A stretch of DNA of 61,295 bases, filler included. It is 4 parts of 4 records of this genome, joined end to end, with 100 filler letters (N's around TTAATTAATTAA, not from the genome) between each part and the next. Parts side by side here need not be neighbours in the genome. Positions count along the whole stretch, not along the records: positions 16,745 to 48,401 come from DRR378314_830; 3 more parts are not named here. One strand, given 5' to 3'. The position numbers were made by a program, and so were the translations under genes. The notes under the pieces are model-generated. The model worked only from the letters and a program-made list of their open reading frames with translations, had not been told where the DNA came from and ran no database searches. Position 1 is the first letter of the stretch. Each line of letters starts with the position of its first letter. Shown piece after piece: positions 16,866 to 26,381 of this stretch.

Positions 16866-18869
16866 TTACTCGGGCGCGCGGCCCAGGTAGTCGGCGATCA
16901 GCACCACGGATTCCGGCGCCGCCTGGGCGATGGACTCGTCCGGGCTGACGTCGCCGCCGGCGGAGCTGAGGATATTATCGAAACGCAGCACCATGCCCTG
17001 GGACTTTTCAGCCACATAGAGGTTGGCGCCGTCGAAGGCGATATCCACCGGGTTGCCGAGCATGGTGTTGCCGACCGCGTTGTTGTCCTCGTCGTCGATG
17101 CGCACCGCCACGTTGGTGATGCCGTCGGCGCTGGAGGCGTTATCCAACACGTACAGCTTGCCGTCGGTGGGGTTGGCGCCGCTGCCCACGTCGGACAGGA
17201 TCAGCTTGTCGCCGTCCGCCACGTGCACGATGCCGTGCAGGTTGGTGGGTGCCGCGAAGGCGTTGCCGCCTTCCCCGGGGACGATGGTGCGGTCGGCGCC
17301 GCCGGCGCCACGGTCGGTGCTCAGATCGTCATAAACCGCCACGGTGCCGTCGGTAAGCGCCACGTACAGGCGGTCACCTTCGGGGTCGTAGTCCAGATCC
17401 CAGGGCTGCACGGTGAGGTCGATGCTGAAGATCGGGGCCACATCGCCGTCGGCCTGGGCGCCGAACACGCGCACGGAACCCGGCGCGCTGTTTTCGGTGA
17501 CCAGCACCCAGCCCAGCTCGTCGGCGATATCAAAGCCCTTGGGCGCCGACAGGCCGGTGTTGGCGCCGGAAATCAGACGGTCGCGGCTCATGTTGAAGCT
17601 TTCACCATCGCGGCCCACGCCCACCCGGTTGAGCACGGCGATGCCGCTGTCGTAGGTGGCGTAGGCGTCGCCGGTCTGGTTGACGCTGATGCTTTCCACC
17701 GGCTGGCCGACGGAGAAGTCGCGGCTCTGGGCGGTGAGGTCGGTGTCATAGACCAGCACGTCCGGGTCGGCGTTATCCGGGTCCGGGTTGCGCGTCACCA
17801 TGACGCCGTTGATGGTCACGGAAGTGTCTTCCAGGTCGGACAGGTCGGGCTGCACCGGGCTGTCCATGATCACGGCCAGGGACTCGGGCTTGACGCTGTC
17901 CACCGTCTTGTCCGGAGCCACGTCGCCGGACGGACCGCTGAACACGCTGCGGTAAACCAGGATGGCGTCGTTGGATTTTTCCGCGATGTAGGCGGTGCTG
18001 CCGTCGAGCACCAGGTCCACCGGGTTACCCAGCAGGGTGTCCGGGCCGTTGACGGTGCGGGCCGGGGTCACGGCGCCGTTGGCGGTGGAGGCGTTTTCGA
18101 TCACGTACAGGCGGCCGTCGTCGGCGATGGCGGCGTCACCCACGTCGGTGACCACCAGGGTGTCGCTGTCGGCGTCGTAGCCGATGCCGTGCATGTTGGA
18201 GGTCATGCCGGCACTGTCTGGGGTGATGACACGGGCGCCGGCCACGCTGAAGCCGTTCGCCACATAGTCGTCGGCGACCAGGATGGTGCCGTTGGTCATG
18301 GCCAGGAACACCCGGTCGGCGTCTTCGTCGTAGGCCAGATCCCAGGCGTCGCCGGCCAGGGCCGTGGAGGCCAGCGGCGTGGCGCCGGCGCCGGCGGTGG
18401 TGCCGTAAATCTCGATGCTGTTGCCGTTGATGTTGGCGGCCATGATCAGGCCGGCCTCATGGGCGATCGCCACGCCTTTCAGGTTGGAAGAGCCGGTGGC
18501 GGTGAAGGAGCGGTCCAGGGTGGCCACCGGGGAGGCGCCGTCCTGGCGGTCGAGAAGTTTGTGCAGGGTCTGTACGCTGCTGGGCACCGCGGTGTCGCCG
18601 GCGGCGTGCACGTTACCGAGCAGATCCAGCACGATGCCTTCGTTGGCGTCGGCGTTGAAGGTGGACTGAACGCGCAGGCCGCTGTCGAGCTGGTCGATCT
18701 GGCCGACGCTGCCGCCGCCGTTGTGCATCACCAGCAGGGGCGAATCCTGATTGCCGCCGTTGTTGTTATCCGGGACGAAACTGCTGCCGCCGTTGCCACC
18801 GCAGGCGGCCAGGGTCACGGCCAGCGCCAGCGGCGACAGCCAGTAAAGACCATTGGTATTCAAGTTCAC
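16866..18869 (-). CDS. Lipoprotein with two tandem NHL/YncE-like beta-propeller domains
   Basis: GTG at 18869 behind AAGGAGA; lipobox LAA|C; both halves carry WDLxYD, N[ML]HGI, DVG, DGxLYV, LGNPVD, AEKS and PES; 667 aa. Confidence 0.85.
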   Translation of the reverse strand: MNLNTNGLYWLSPLALAVTLAACGGNGGSSFVPDNNNGGNQDSPLLVMHNGGGSVGQIDQLDSGLRVQSTFNADANEGIVLDLLGNVHAAGDTAVPSSVQTLHKLLDRQDGASPVATLDRSFTATGSSNLKGVAIAHEAGLIMAANINGNSIEIYGTTAGAGATPLASTALAGDAWDLAYDEDADRVFLAMTNGTILVADDYVANGFSVAGARVITPDSAGMTSNMHGIGYDADSDTLVVTDVGDAAIADDGRLYVIENASTANGAVTPARTVNGPDTLLGNPVDLVLDGSTAYIAEKSNDAILVYRSVFSGPSGDVAPDKTVDSVKPESLAVIMDSPVQPDLSDLEDTSVTINGVMVTRNPDPDNADPDVLVYDTDLTAQSRDFSVGQPVESISVNQTGDAYATYDSGIAVLNRVGVGRDGESFNMSRDRLISGANTGLSAPKGFDIADELGWVLVTENSAPGSVRVFGAQADGDVAPIFSIDLTVQPWDLDYDPEGDRLYVALTDGTVAVYDDLSTDRGAGGADRTIVPGEGGNAFAAPTNLHGIVHVADGDKLILSDVGSGANPTDGKLYVLDNASSADGITNVAVRIDDEDNNAVGNTMLGNPVDIAFDGANLYVAEKSQGMVLRFDNILSSAGGDVSPDESIAQAAPESVVLIADYLGRAPE

Positions 18870-18945
18870 GCTCTCTCTCCTTGCTTCATCATGAAGGGGG
18901 CGGCCGGAGGTCGCCCGAACCGGGAATCGAGATCCCGTAAGGGGA

Positions 18946-18971
18946 TACCCGCCCCGGGACGGCCCGGATGT
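18946..18971 (-). promoter_or_regulatory. Possible ECF-sigma promoter for the lipoprotein
   Basis: Minus strand ACATCC-N16-GGTA, resembling (G/C)ATCC-N16-CGTA ECF promoters. Confidence 0.3.
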
Positions 18972-19056
18972 AGCAAAACGTAAGGATTTGTACGCGCTGG
19001 GAGAGTCCCGCGATCTAACGGCATGGCGAAAGGATATAAATGAGCGCTTTATTTTG

Positions 19057-19069
19057 CCGTTCCGGAATA
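19057..19069 (+). promoter_or_regulatory. Candidate sulfur-regulon (CysB/LysR-type) site upstream of cysW
   Basis: CCGTTCCGGAATA is 11/13 identical to CCGTTTAGGAATA upstream of the persulfide dioxygenase gene. Confidence 0.4.
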
Positions 19070-19113
19070 TAGAATCATCACCTCCCACAAACACCGTAAG
19101 GAGCCCGCCACCC

Positions 19114-19962
19114 ATGTCCTCCGCAAACCGGCCCCACAAATGGCACCAATGGACGCTGGTCGCCGCCGCGTTCGCCGCCGTGGTGGTGTTGCTGGTGTTG
19201 CCGCTGGTGGTGATCTTCGCCGAGGCCTTCGCCCAGGGCGCCGGCATGGTGGTGGACAACCTGACCAGCGACGACATGATCGGCGCCATCCAGCTCACCG
19301 TAATCGTGGCGCTGATTACCGTGCCGGTGAATCTGGTGTTCGGCGTGCTGCTGGCCTGGTGCGTGACCCGCTACGAGTTCCGCGGCCGCAAGCTGCTCAG
19401 CACCCTGATCGACATTCCGTTCGCCATGTCGCCGGTGGTCGCCGGCCTGTGCTATCTGGTGGTGTACGGGGGCCAGGGCCTGGTCGGGCAGTGGCTGGAC
19501 GACCGTTTCGACGTGCAGTTGATGTTCGCGCTGCCGGGCATGGTGATGGTCACCGTGTTCGTGACCTGCCCCTACGTGGCCCGGGTGCTGATTCCGCTGA
19601 TGCAGTCCCAGGGCACCGAGGAAGAGGAAGCGGCGATCCTGCTGGGCGCCTCCGGCTGGCAGGCGTTCTGGTACGTGACACTGCCGAGAATCCGCTGGGC
19701 GCTGCTGTACGGCGTGGTGCTCACCAACGCCCGGGCGGTGGGTGAATTCGGCGCGGTGAGCGTGGTGTCCGGCCTGATCCGCGGCGAGACGCTGACCCTG
19801 CCGCTGCTGATCCAGATGCTCAACGAGGACTACAACACCGTGGGCGCCTTCACCGCCGCCGGCCTGCTGGGGGCCATGGCGCTGGTCACCCTGCTTCTGA
19901 AAACCGTGCTGGAATGGCGCCAGAGCAGCAAACTGAACGCCGCCGAGGAGACCCTGACATGA
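19114..19962 (+). CDS. cysW: Sulfate/thiosulfate ABC permease CysW
   Basis: '[14 protein letters not shown]', '[16 protein letters not shown]' and '[26 protein letters not shown]'; AAGGAG upstream of ATG 19114. Confidence 0.92.
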   Translation: MSSANRPHKWHQWTLVAAAFAAVVVLLVLPLVVIFAEAFAQGAGMVVDNLTSDDMIGAIQLTVIVALITVPVNLVFGVLLAWCVTRYEFRGRKLLSTLIDIPFAMSPVVAGLCYLVVYGGQGLVGQWLDDRFDVQLMFALPGMVMVTVFVTCPYVARVLIPLMQSQGTEEEEAAILLGASGWQAFWYVTLPRIRWALLYGVVLTNARAVGEFGAVSVVSGLIRGETLTLPLLIQMLNEDYNTVGAFTAAGLLGAMALVTLLLKTVLEWRQSSKLNAAEETLT

Positions 19963-21053
19963 GCATCCGCGTTGACGGCATCCGCAAGACGTTCGGCGGC
20001 TTCGCCGCACTGGATGACATTTCCCTGAACGTGCCCCAGGGCGAGCTGGTGGGTCTGCTGGGCCCGTCCGGCTCCGGCAAGACCACCCTGTTGCGCATCA
20101 TCGCCGGCCTGGAAAAACCGGACCGGGGCCGGGTGCTGTTCAACGAGCGCGACGTCACCACCCTGGACGTGCGCCGCCGCAAAGTGGGCTTCGTATTCCA
20201 GCAGTACGCCCTGTTCCGCCACCTGACCGTGGCAGACAACGTCGCCTTCGGGCTGCGCATGCTGCCGCGCGGTGAGCGCCCCGGCCGCGACGCGGTGCGC
20301 GCCCGGGTCCGTGAGCTGCTGGAACTGGTGCAGATGGACACCATGGCCGGGCGCTACCCGGCGCAGCTGTCCGGCGGCCAGAAGCAGCGCGTGGCGCTGG
20401 CCCGCGCCCTGGCCCTGGAACCGGAGGTGCTGCTGCTCGACGAGCCCTTCGGCGCCCTGGACGCCAAGGTGCGCAAGGAGCTGCGCCGCTGGCTGCGCCA
20501 CCTGCATGAGCAGATTTCGGTAACCAGCATCTTCGTCACCCACGACCAGGAAGAGGCCATGGAAGTGTCCGACCAGGTGGTGGTGATGAGCCAGGGGCAT
20601 ATCGAGCAGATCGGCAGCCCGCTGACCGTCTACGAACAGCCGGCCAGCCGCTTCGTGTTCGACTTCCTGGGCCATATCAACGCCCTGGAGGGCCTCTACG
20701 ACGGCGCCGTCTGGCAGTCCGGCGAGGCGCGCCTGCGCCTGGACACCCACGGCGCCTGCCCGGACGGCGCCCTGACCCTGTACCTGCGCCCCCACGAGGC
20801 GACCCTGGCCAAGGCCCCGGTCGAGCACGCCCACCTGCCGGTGAAACTGGCGGCGCGCAGCGTGTTCGGCGGCACCGTCACCCTGGAGCTGGAGCCGCGC
20901 GGCTGGGGCGCCGGCGTGCTGGAAGTGGAGCTGGACCGGGACACCTGGGCGGCCCTGGCGCCGGGCCGCGACGACACCCTTTACCTGCTGCCGCGCAGCC
21001 TGCAGACGGTGACCTGCGACGGCGATCTGGGCCCGCGCGTGGCGCCCGCCTGA
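19959..21053 (+). CDS. cysA: Sulfate/thiosulfate ABC ATPase CysA
   Basis: GPSGSGKT, '[16 protein letters not shown]' and '[20 protein letters not shown]'; ATGA coupling to cysW. Confidence 0.93.
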   Translation: MSIRVDGIRKTFGGFAALDDISLNVPQGELVGLLGPSGSGKTTLLRIIAGLEKPDRGRVLFNERDVTTLDVRRRKVGFVFQQYALFRHLTVADNVAFGLRMLPRGERPGRDAVRARVRELLELVQMDTMAGRYPAQLSGGQKQRVALARALALEPEVLLLDEPFGALDAKVRKELRRWLRHLHEQISVTSIFVTHDQEEAMEVSDQVVVMSQGHIEQIGSPLTVYEQPASRFVFDFLGHINALEGLYDGAVWQSGEARLRLDTHGACPDGALTLYLRPHEATLAKAPVEHAHLPVKLAARSVFGGTVTLELEPRGWGAGVLEVELDRDTWAALAPGRDDTLYLLPRSLQTVTCDGDLGPRVAPA

Positions 21054-21197
21054 GCGGCGCTGTCCGACAACCGGGCCACGGCGCTTGCCCCGACGCCGGG
21101 GGCCGGGCTAGAGTGCCGGCTGAGAGGGTTCCCCAGCGGGGCCCTTGAGAGTATTCTGAATTCATCGCCAACTGCCCCAGGGGCCATCTCTCCCAAC

Positions 21198-22187
21198 TTG
21201 GACACACCAGCCGCTTCCCAGCAAGTCAGTCTTGAACCCTACGACTCCCGCCGTCTGGCCAGCCTGTGCGGCCGTCTCGACGAGCATATCAAGCAGATCG
21301 CCGACCGCCTGCAGGTGGACATCCGCAACCGCGGCAACCTGTTTCATCTGTCCGGCGACTCGCGGGCGGTGCAGGCCGCCTCCACGGTGCTCAACGACCT
21401 CTACGCCCAGACCGCCGACACCGAGGACCTGACCCCGGAAATGGTGCACCTGCATCTGCAGCAGTCCGAGCTGTCCGAGAAAGTCGACAACACGGTGGCG
21501 TTCCCCAGCGACGACGTGGTGATCCGCACCAAGCGCGTGCGCATCAAGCCGCGCGGCGGTCACCAGCGCGAGTACGTGAAAACGATCCGCCGCTTCGACA
21601 TCAATTTCGGCATCGGCCCGGCGGGCACCGGCAAAACCTGGCTAGCGGTGGCCTGCGCGGTGGACGCCCTGGAGAAGTCCGAGGTGCAGCGCATTCTGCT
21701 GGTGCGCCCGGCGGTGGAGGCCGGCGAGAAGCTGGGTTTCCTGCCCGGCGACCTGGCGGAAAAGATCGACCCCTATCTGCGGCCGCTCTACGACGCCCTT
21801 TATGAAATGCTCGGCTTCGAGAAAGTGGCCAAGCTGATGGACCGGCTGGTGATCGAAGTGGCGCCCCTGGCCTACATGCGCGGGCGCACGCTCAACAACA
21901 GTTTCGTGATCCTCGACGAGGCGCAGAACACCACCCCGGAACAGATGAAAATGTTCCTGACCCGCATCGGCTTCGGCTCCAAGGCGGTGATCACCGGCGA
22001 CGTCACCCAGGTGGATCTGCCGCGCCATCAGAAGTCCGGGCTGGTCAATGCCCTGGAGGTGCTCGCCGGCGAACAGGAAATCGGCGTCACCCGTTTCGAC
22101 AGCCGCGACGTGGTCCGCCACCCGCTGGTGCAACGCATAGTAGAGGCCTACGACCGTCATGAGCGGGATACCGACCCCCAACGTTGA
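21198..22187 (+). CDS. ybeZ: PhoH-family ATPase (YbeZ)
   Basis: 'GPAGTGKT', 'RPAVEAGEKLGFLPGD', 'APLAYMRGRTL' and 'DEAQN'; TTG start. Confidence 0.93.
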   Translation: MDTPAASQQVSLEPYDSRRLASLCGRLDEHIKQIADRLQVDIRNRGNLFHLSGDSRAVQAASTVLNDLYAQTADTEDLTPEMVHLHLQQSELSEKVDNTVAFPSDDVVIRTKRVRIKPRGGHQREYVKTIRRFDINFGIGPAGTGKTWLAVACAVDALEKSEVQRILLVRPAVEAGEKLGFLPGDLAEKIDPYLRPLYDALYEMLGFEKVAKLMDRLVIEVAPLAYMRGRTLNNSFVILDEAQNTTPEQMKMFLTRIGFGSKAVITGDVTQVDLPRHQKSGLVNALEVLAGEQEIGVTRFDSRDVVRHPLVQRIVEAYDRHERDTDPQR

Positions 22188-22665
22188 AGTCCAGTGGGCC
22201 AGCGACGCCCCGGACGCCCCCGACGAAGCCGACTTACGCGCCTGGGCCGTGAAAGCCGTGGCGGTGGCCGGCGGCGTGGTCGGCGACATCACCCTGCGGG
22301 TGGTCGACGACGCGGAAATCCAGACCCTGAACCGGGAATACCGGGGCAAGGACAAGCCCACCAATGTGCTGTCCTTCCCGTTCGAAATGCCGGAGGGTCT
22401 GCCCGAGGACGCCTTCGCGCCGCTGCTCGGCGATATCGTCATCAGTGCCCCGGTGGTGCGCCGCGAAGCCGCCGAGCAGCACAAACCCCTGGACGCCCAC
22501 TGGGCGCACATGGTCACCCACGGCGTACTGCACCTGCTCGGCTTCGATCACATCGACGATGACGACGCGGACGTGATGGAAGCCCTGGAAATCCGCGCCC
22601 TGGCCGAGCAGGGCTTTCCCGACCCCTACACCGTTTCCCATTCAAGCAAGGAGTTGCATCTCTAA
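22159..22665 (+). CDS. ybeY: rRNA maturation RNase YbeY
   Basis: 'LNREYRGKDKPTNVLSF' and 'HGVLHLLGFDH'. Confidence 0.95.
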   Translation: MSGIPTPNVEVQWASDAPDAPDEADLRAWAVKAVAVAGGVVGDITLRVVDDAEIQTLNREYRGKDKPTNVLSFPFEMPEGLPEDAFAPLLGDIVISAPVVRREAAEQHKPLDAHWAHMVTHGVLHLLGFDHIDDDDADVMEALEIRALAEQGFPDPYTVSHSSKELHL

Positions 22666-23540
22666 TGTCGGACGACTATTCCGATAATGGCACCAGCCGA
22701 AGTTGGTTGGAGCGCGTCGGCCAGTTCTTCACCTCCACCCCCGGGTCCCGGGACGAACTGCTGGACCTGATGCGCTCCATGCGCGACAGCGACATTATTG
22801 ACGGCGACACCCTGGGCATCATCGAAGGCGCCATCTGCGTCAGTGAGATGCAGGTGCGCGAAATTCTGATTCCCCGCTCACAGATGGTCAGCATCCGCGC
22901 CTCCGACGACCCGCGCGACTTTTTGCCCACCATCATCGACTGCGCCCACAGCCGCTTCCCGGTGCTCGGCGACGACCCGGACGAAATCATCGGCATCCTG
23001 CTCGCCAAGGATCTGCTGGCGCTGATCCTGGAGCCGGCGCGCATGGAACGCTTCGTGATCAAGGATCACGTGCGCTCGGCGATGGTGGTGCCGGAATCCA
23101 AACGGCTGGACTCGCTGCTGCGCGAATTCCGCATCACCAAGAATCACATGGCCATCGTGGTCAACGAATACGGCGGCGTGGCCGGTCTGGTGACCATCGA
23201 GGACGTGCTGGAACAGATCGTCGGCGAGATCGAGGACGAACACGACATCGATGACGACGACTACCTGATCAAGGATCTGGAGGGCGACGACTTCACGGTC
23301 AAGGCGATCACCCCCATCGATGAATTCAACGAGCACTTCAAAACCCAGTACCGCGACGATGAGTTCGACACCATCGGCGGCCTGGTGATGCAGGCCTTCG
23401 GACACCTGCCCCAACGGGAAGAATCCGTGGACATGGGCAACCTGCGCTTCACCGTGCTCAGCGCCGACGGCCGCACCATCCGCCTGCTGCGGGTGGCGCC
23501 GCTGGACGCGGACGGCGAGGCCGGCACCACGGACGGCTGA
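22665..23540 (+). CDS. corC: CBS/CorC-HlyC Mg2+/Co2+ homeostasis protein (YbeX)
   Basis: 'AHSRFPV', 'VPESKRL', 'EYGGVAGLVTIEDVLEQIVGEIEDEHD' and 'DTIGGLV'. Confidence 0.93.
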   Translation: MSDDYSDNGTSRSWLERVGQFFTSTPGSRDELLDLMRSMRDSDIIDGDTLGIIEGAICVSEMQVREILIPRSQMVSIRASDDPRDFLPTIIDCAHSRFPVLGDDPDEIIGILLAKDLLALILEPARMERFVIKDHVRSAMVVPESKRLDSLLREFRITKNHMAIVVNEYGGVAGLVTIEDVLEQIVGEIEDEHDIDDDDYLIKDLEGDDFTVKAITPIDEFNEHFKTQYRDDEFDTIGGLVMQAFGHLPQREESVDMGNLRFTVLSADGRTIRLLRVAPLDADGEAGTTDG

Positions 23541-24649
23541 TGACGCCGCTGCGCTTCCTGGTACGCCGACGCAGTGCCTTTAATCAGATCACCCGGGGGC
23601 TGGACCTCAATCTGAGATCCCGGCTTCGTCAGGTGTTTTTCTGGCTACTGGTGCTTACCGCGCTGCATACCGCGGCAATGATGCTGTTCGAGGGGCTCGG
23701 CTGGGGCGACGCCCTGTGGCTGACCCTCACCACCCTGACCACGGTGGGCTACGGCGACCTGTCGGCGGCCACACCCGCCGGCCGCGTGGCCACCGTGCTG
23801 CTGCTCTACGTGGCCGGCATCACCCTGCTGGCGCAGCTTGCCAGCGACTATATCGACCACCGCCTCAAGCGTAAGGAATACATGCTCAAAGGCCGCTGGA
23901 GATGGCAAATGAAAGACCACCTGGTAATCATCAACAGCCCCAAGCACAGCCCGGCCCTGTACTTCGAACGCCTGGTGGAACAGCTGCACGCCACCGAGCA
24001 GTTCGCCGATATCCCGGTGTTGATTCTCACCGATGTGTTCCCCGACGGCCTGCCCGCCTCGCTTCGTGAACAAGGCGTGGTGCACTACCACGCCGAGTCC
24101 TCCGACCGGGACGCCCTGGAAGCGGTGAACCCGGACCAGGCCAAGGCGGTCATCATCCTGGCGCGCGACGAGTACAGCCGCATCTCCGACAGCGTCACCC
24201 TGGACGTGATCCTCCAGCTTAAAGCGCTCTACGGTGACACCCTGCCCTACACCGTGGCCGAATGCGTCCACGAGGATAACCGGCGCCGCGCCCTGAGTGT
24301 CGGCGCCAGCACCACCCTGCGCCCGGTGCGCGCCTATCCGGAAATGCTGGTGCGTTCCCTGGTGGCGCCGGGCACCGAGAAAATCCTGGAAAACCTGTTC
24401 ACCCACCACGACGACCACGCCATGCGCTACGCGGTGCCGGTGGAAAACGCGGTCTGGGCGGACGTGGCCTGCCGCCTGATGAACGCCGGCCTGGGCACGC
24501 TGATGGCCTACGTCGGCGACGACGAAACCGTGGTTTGCCACCCCGCCCACGACCACCAGTTCAGCGCCGACAGCCTGATCCTGATGGTGCGCGAGGAAGC
24601 GATTCCCTCCGAACAGGCAATACGGGATTGCCTGGCAAAGCGTTCCTGA
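23540..24649 (+). CDS. 2-TM potassium channel with RCK-like cytoplasmic domain
   Basis: Selectivity filter TTVGYGD between two TM helices; 'MKDHLVII...AKAVIILA' RCK-like fold. Confidence 0.88.
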   Translation: MTPLRFLVRRRSAFNQITRGLDLNLRSRLRQVFFWLLVLTALHTAAMMLFEGLGWGDALWLTLTTLTTVGYGDLSAATPAGRVATVLLLYVAGITLLAQLASDYIDHRLKRKEYMLKGRWRWQMKDHLVIINSPKHSPALYFERLVEQLHATEQFADIPVLILTDVFPDGLPASLREQGVVHYHAESSDRDALEAVNPDQAKAVIILARDEYSRISDSVTLDVILQLKALYGDTLPYTVAECVHEDNRRRALSVGASTTLRPVRAYPEMLVRSLVAPGTEKILENLFTHHDDHAMRYAVPVENAVWADVACRLMNAGLGTLMAYVGDDETVVCHPAHDHQFSADSLILMVREEAIPSEQAIRDCLAKRS

Positions 24650-24767
24650 AACCCGGCGCCTGAACCGCTGCCCCCTGACGCCAGACCGGGCGCGCCATGG
24701 ATTGCCGGCGCCAACTTGCGTATAACAAGGCTTCGCCTACCCGGCCTCTTTTTGTCTTTCTGCAATC

Positions 24768-26258
24768 GTGACCTTGCTTATGCGCAATCTGTTTCTGGCT
24801 CTGATCGCCGGCCTGCTGTTTCCTCTGGCGTTCGCCCCCTACGGCCTGTGGCCGTTGTTGCTGGTCAGCGTGGCGCTGGCCTACTGGGTGCAGGCCAGCG
24901 CGCCGTCCGCCAAGGCGGCGCTGTTGGGCGGCTGGGTCTATGGCCTGGGCATGTTCGGGTTCGGCGTGGCCTGGCTGCAGGTGTCGATGACCGACTACGG
25001 CTATATGCCGCTGTGGATGGCGGTGCCCGCCACCGCTGCCTTCGCGGCGCTGCTGGCGTTGTTCTATGGCGCGGCGTTCTGGCTGACCCGCCGGTTCAGG
25101 GGCGGCGGGCTGATGTTCGCCGGCGCCTGGGTGCTGGCGGACTGGTTGCGCGGCTGGCTGCTCACCGGCTTCCCCTGGTTGTATGGCGGCTACGCGCTGA
25201 TCGACACGCCGCTGGCCGGGCTGGCGCCGCTGGGGGGCATCTGGCTGATGACCCTGGCGGCGGTGATCCTGCCCGCCACGGCGGTGGAGCTGGTGCTGCG
25301 CCGGGGCCGGGGCACCGGCCCGCTGGTGCTGTCCCTGGCGCTGATCGTGGCCGGGGTGGTTGCCGGCCAATTCAGCTTCACCCACGCCGAAGGCGAGCGG
25401 CAGCAGGTGGCGCTGGTGCAGGGCAATGTGCCCCAGGATCTGAAATGGCTGGCCACCATGCGCAAGGAGACCCGCGAGATCTACGCCGGCCTCACCGAGG
25501 GCCTGCCGGAGGGCACCCTGGTGGTGTGGCCGGAATCCGCGATGATCGAGTTCTACCAGGACATCGACGGCTTCGTGGACGACCAGGGCGAAGCGGTGGC
25601 GGCCAAGGGCGGCGCGCTGATCAGCGGCCTGCCGTGGCGCGATGAAAGCCGCACCCCGACCACCTACCACAACAGCATCGCGGTGGTGGGCACGGACAGC
25701 GATGACGGCGTCTACCACAAGCAGAAGCTGGTGCCGTTCGGCGAGTACGTGCCGCTGCAGGGTCTGATTCGCGGCCTGATCCCGTTTTTCGATTTGCCCA
25801 TGTCCAGCTTCACGCCGGGCAGTCCGCGCCAGCCCAATCTGTATGCCCTGAGCCATGAGATCGCGCCCTTCATCTGCTACGAGATCCTTTACCCGGAGCT
25901 GGTGGCGAGCCGCACCGGCAGCGCCGACGTGCTGCTGACGATCAGCAACGACGCCTGGTTCGGCACCTCGGCGGGGCCCCACCAGCACTTTCAGATGACC
26001 CGGCTGCGCGCCCTGGAAACCGGCCGCTGGCTGCTGCGCGGCACCAATAACGGCATCACCGCGGTGGTTGACCACCACGGTAAGGTGGTGGAGCGGCTGC
26101 CCCAGTTCGAGCGCGACGTGCTGGTCAGCGAGTACCAGCCGCGCCAGGGCGAGACCCCGTTTATGCTGGCCGGCGTCTGGCCCACCCTGCTGCTGGCGCT
26201 GGCGTTCGTGGTGCTGGGCCGGGGCCGCCGGGCCCGGGGGTTGCTGGAGTCATTCTGA
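24768..26258 (+). CDS. lnt: Apolipoprotein N-acyltransferase
   Basis: 'GFPW', 'VQGN', 'WPES', 'KLVPFGEY', 'ICYE' and 'SNDAWFG'; the start may be ATG 24780. Confidence 0.95.
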   Translation: MTLLMRNLFLALIAGLLFPLAFAPYGLWPLLLVSVALAYWVQASAPSAKAALLGGWVYGLGMFGFGVAWLQVSMTDYGYMPLWMAVPATAAFAALLALFYGAAFWLTRRFRGGGLMFAGAWVLADWLRGWLLTGFPWLYGGYALIDTPLAGLAPLGGIWLMTLAAVILPATAVELVLRRGRGTGPLVLSLALIVAGVVAGQFSFTHAEGERQQVALVQGNVPQDLKWLATMRKETREIYAGLTEGLPEGTLVVWPESAMIEFYQDIDGFVDDQGEAVAAKGGALISGLPWRDESRTPTTYHNSIAVVGTDSDDGVYHKQKLVPFGEYVPLQGLIRGLIPFFDLPMSSFTPGSPRQPNLYALSHEIAPFICYEILYPELVASRTGSADVLLTISNDAWFGTSAGPHQHFQMTRLRALETGRWLLRGTNNGITAVVDHHGKVVERLPQFERDVLVSEYQPRQGETPFMLAGVWPTLLLALAFVVLGRGRRARGLLESF

Positions 26259-26273
26259 TGCTGACGTTATATA

Positions 26274-26330
26274 CCGTTTAGGAATAAGCTTATAATCTAA
26301 TTTGACAGAACCTCCTGGCCAACCTATAAC
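26274..26330 (+). promoter_or_regulatory. sigma70 promoter of the sulfide-oxidation module with an upstream AT-rich regulator site
   Basis: TTGACA (26302-26307), 17 nt, TATAAC (26325-26330); CCGTTTAGGAATAAGCTTATAATCTAAT just upstream of the -35. Confidence 0.7.
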
Positions 26331-26381
26331 GGAAGCCGGGCGCGACGCACGCCCGGCTGTTTTTTCCGTTCAGGAGGTTTC

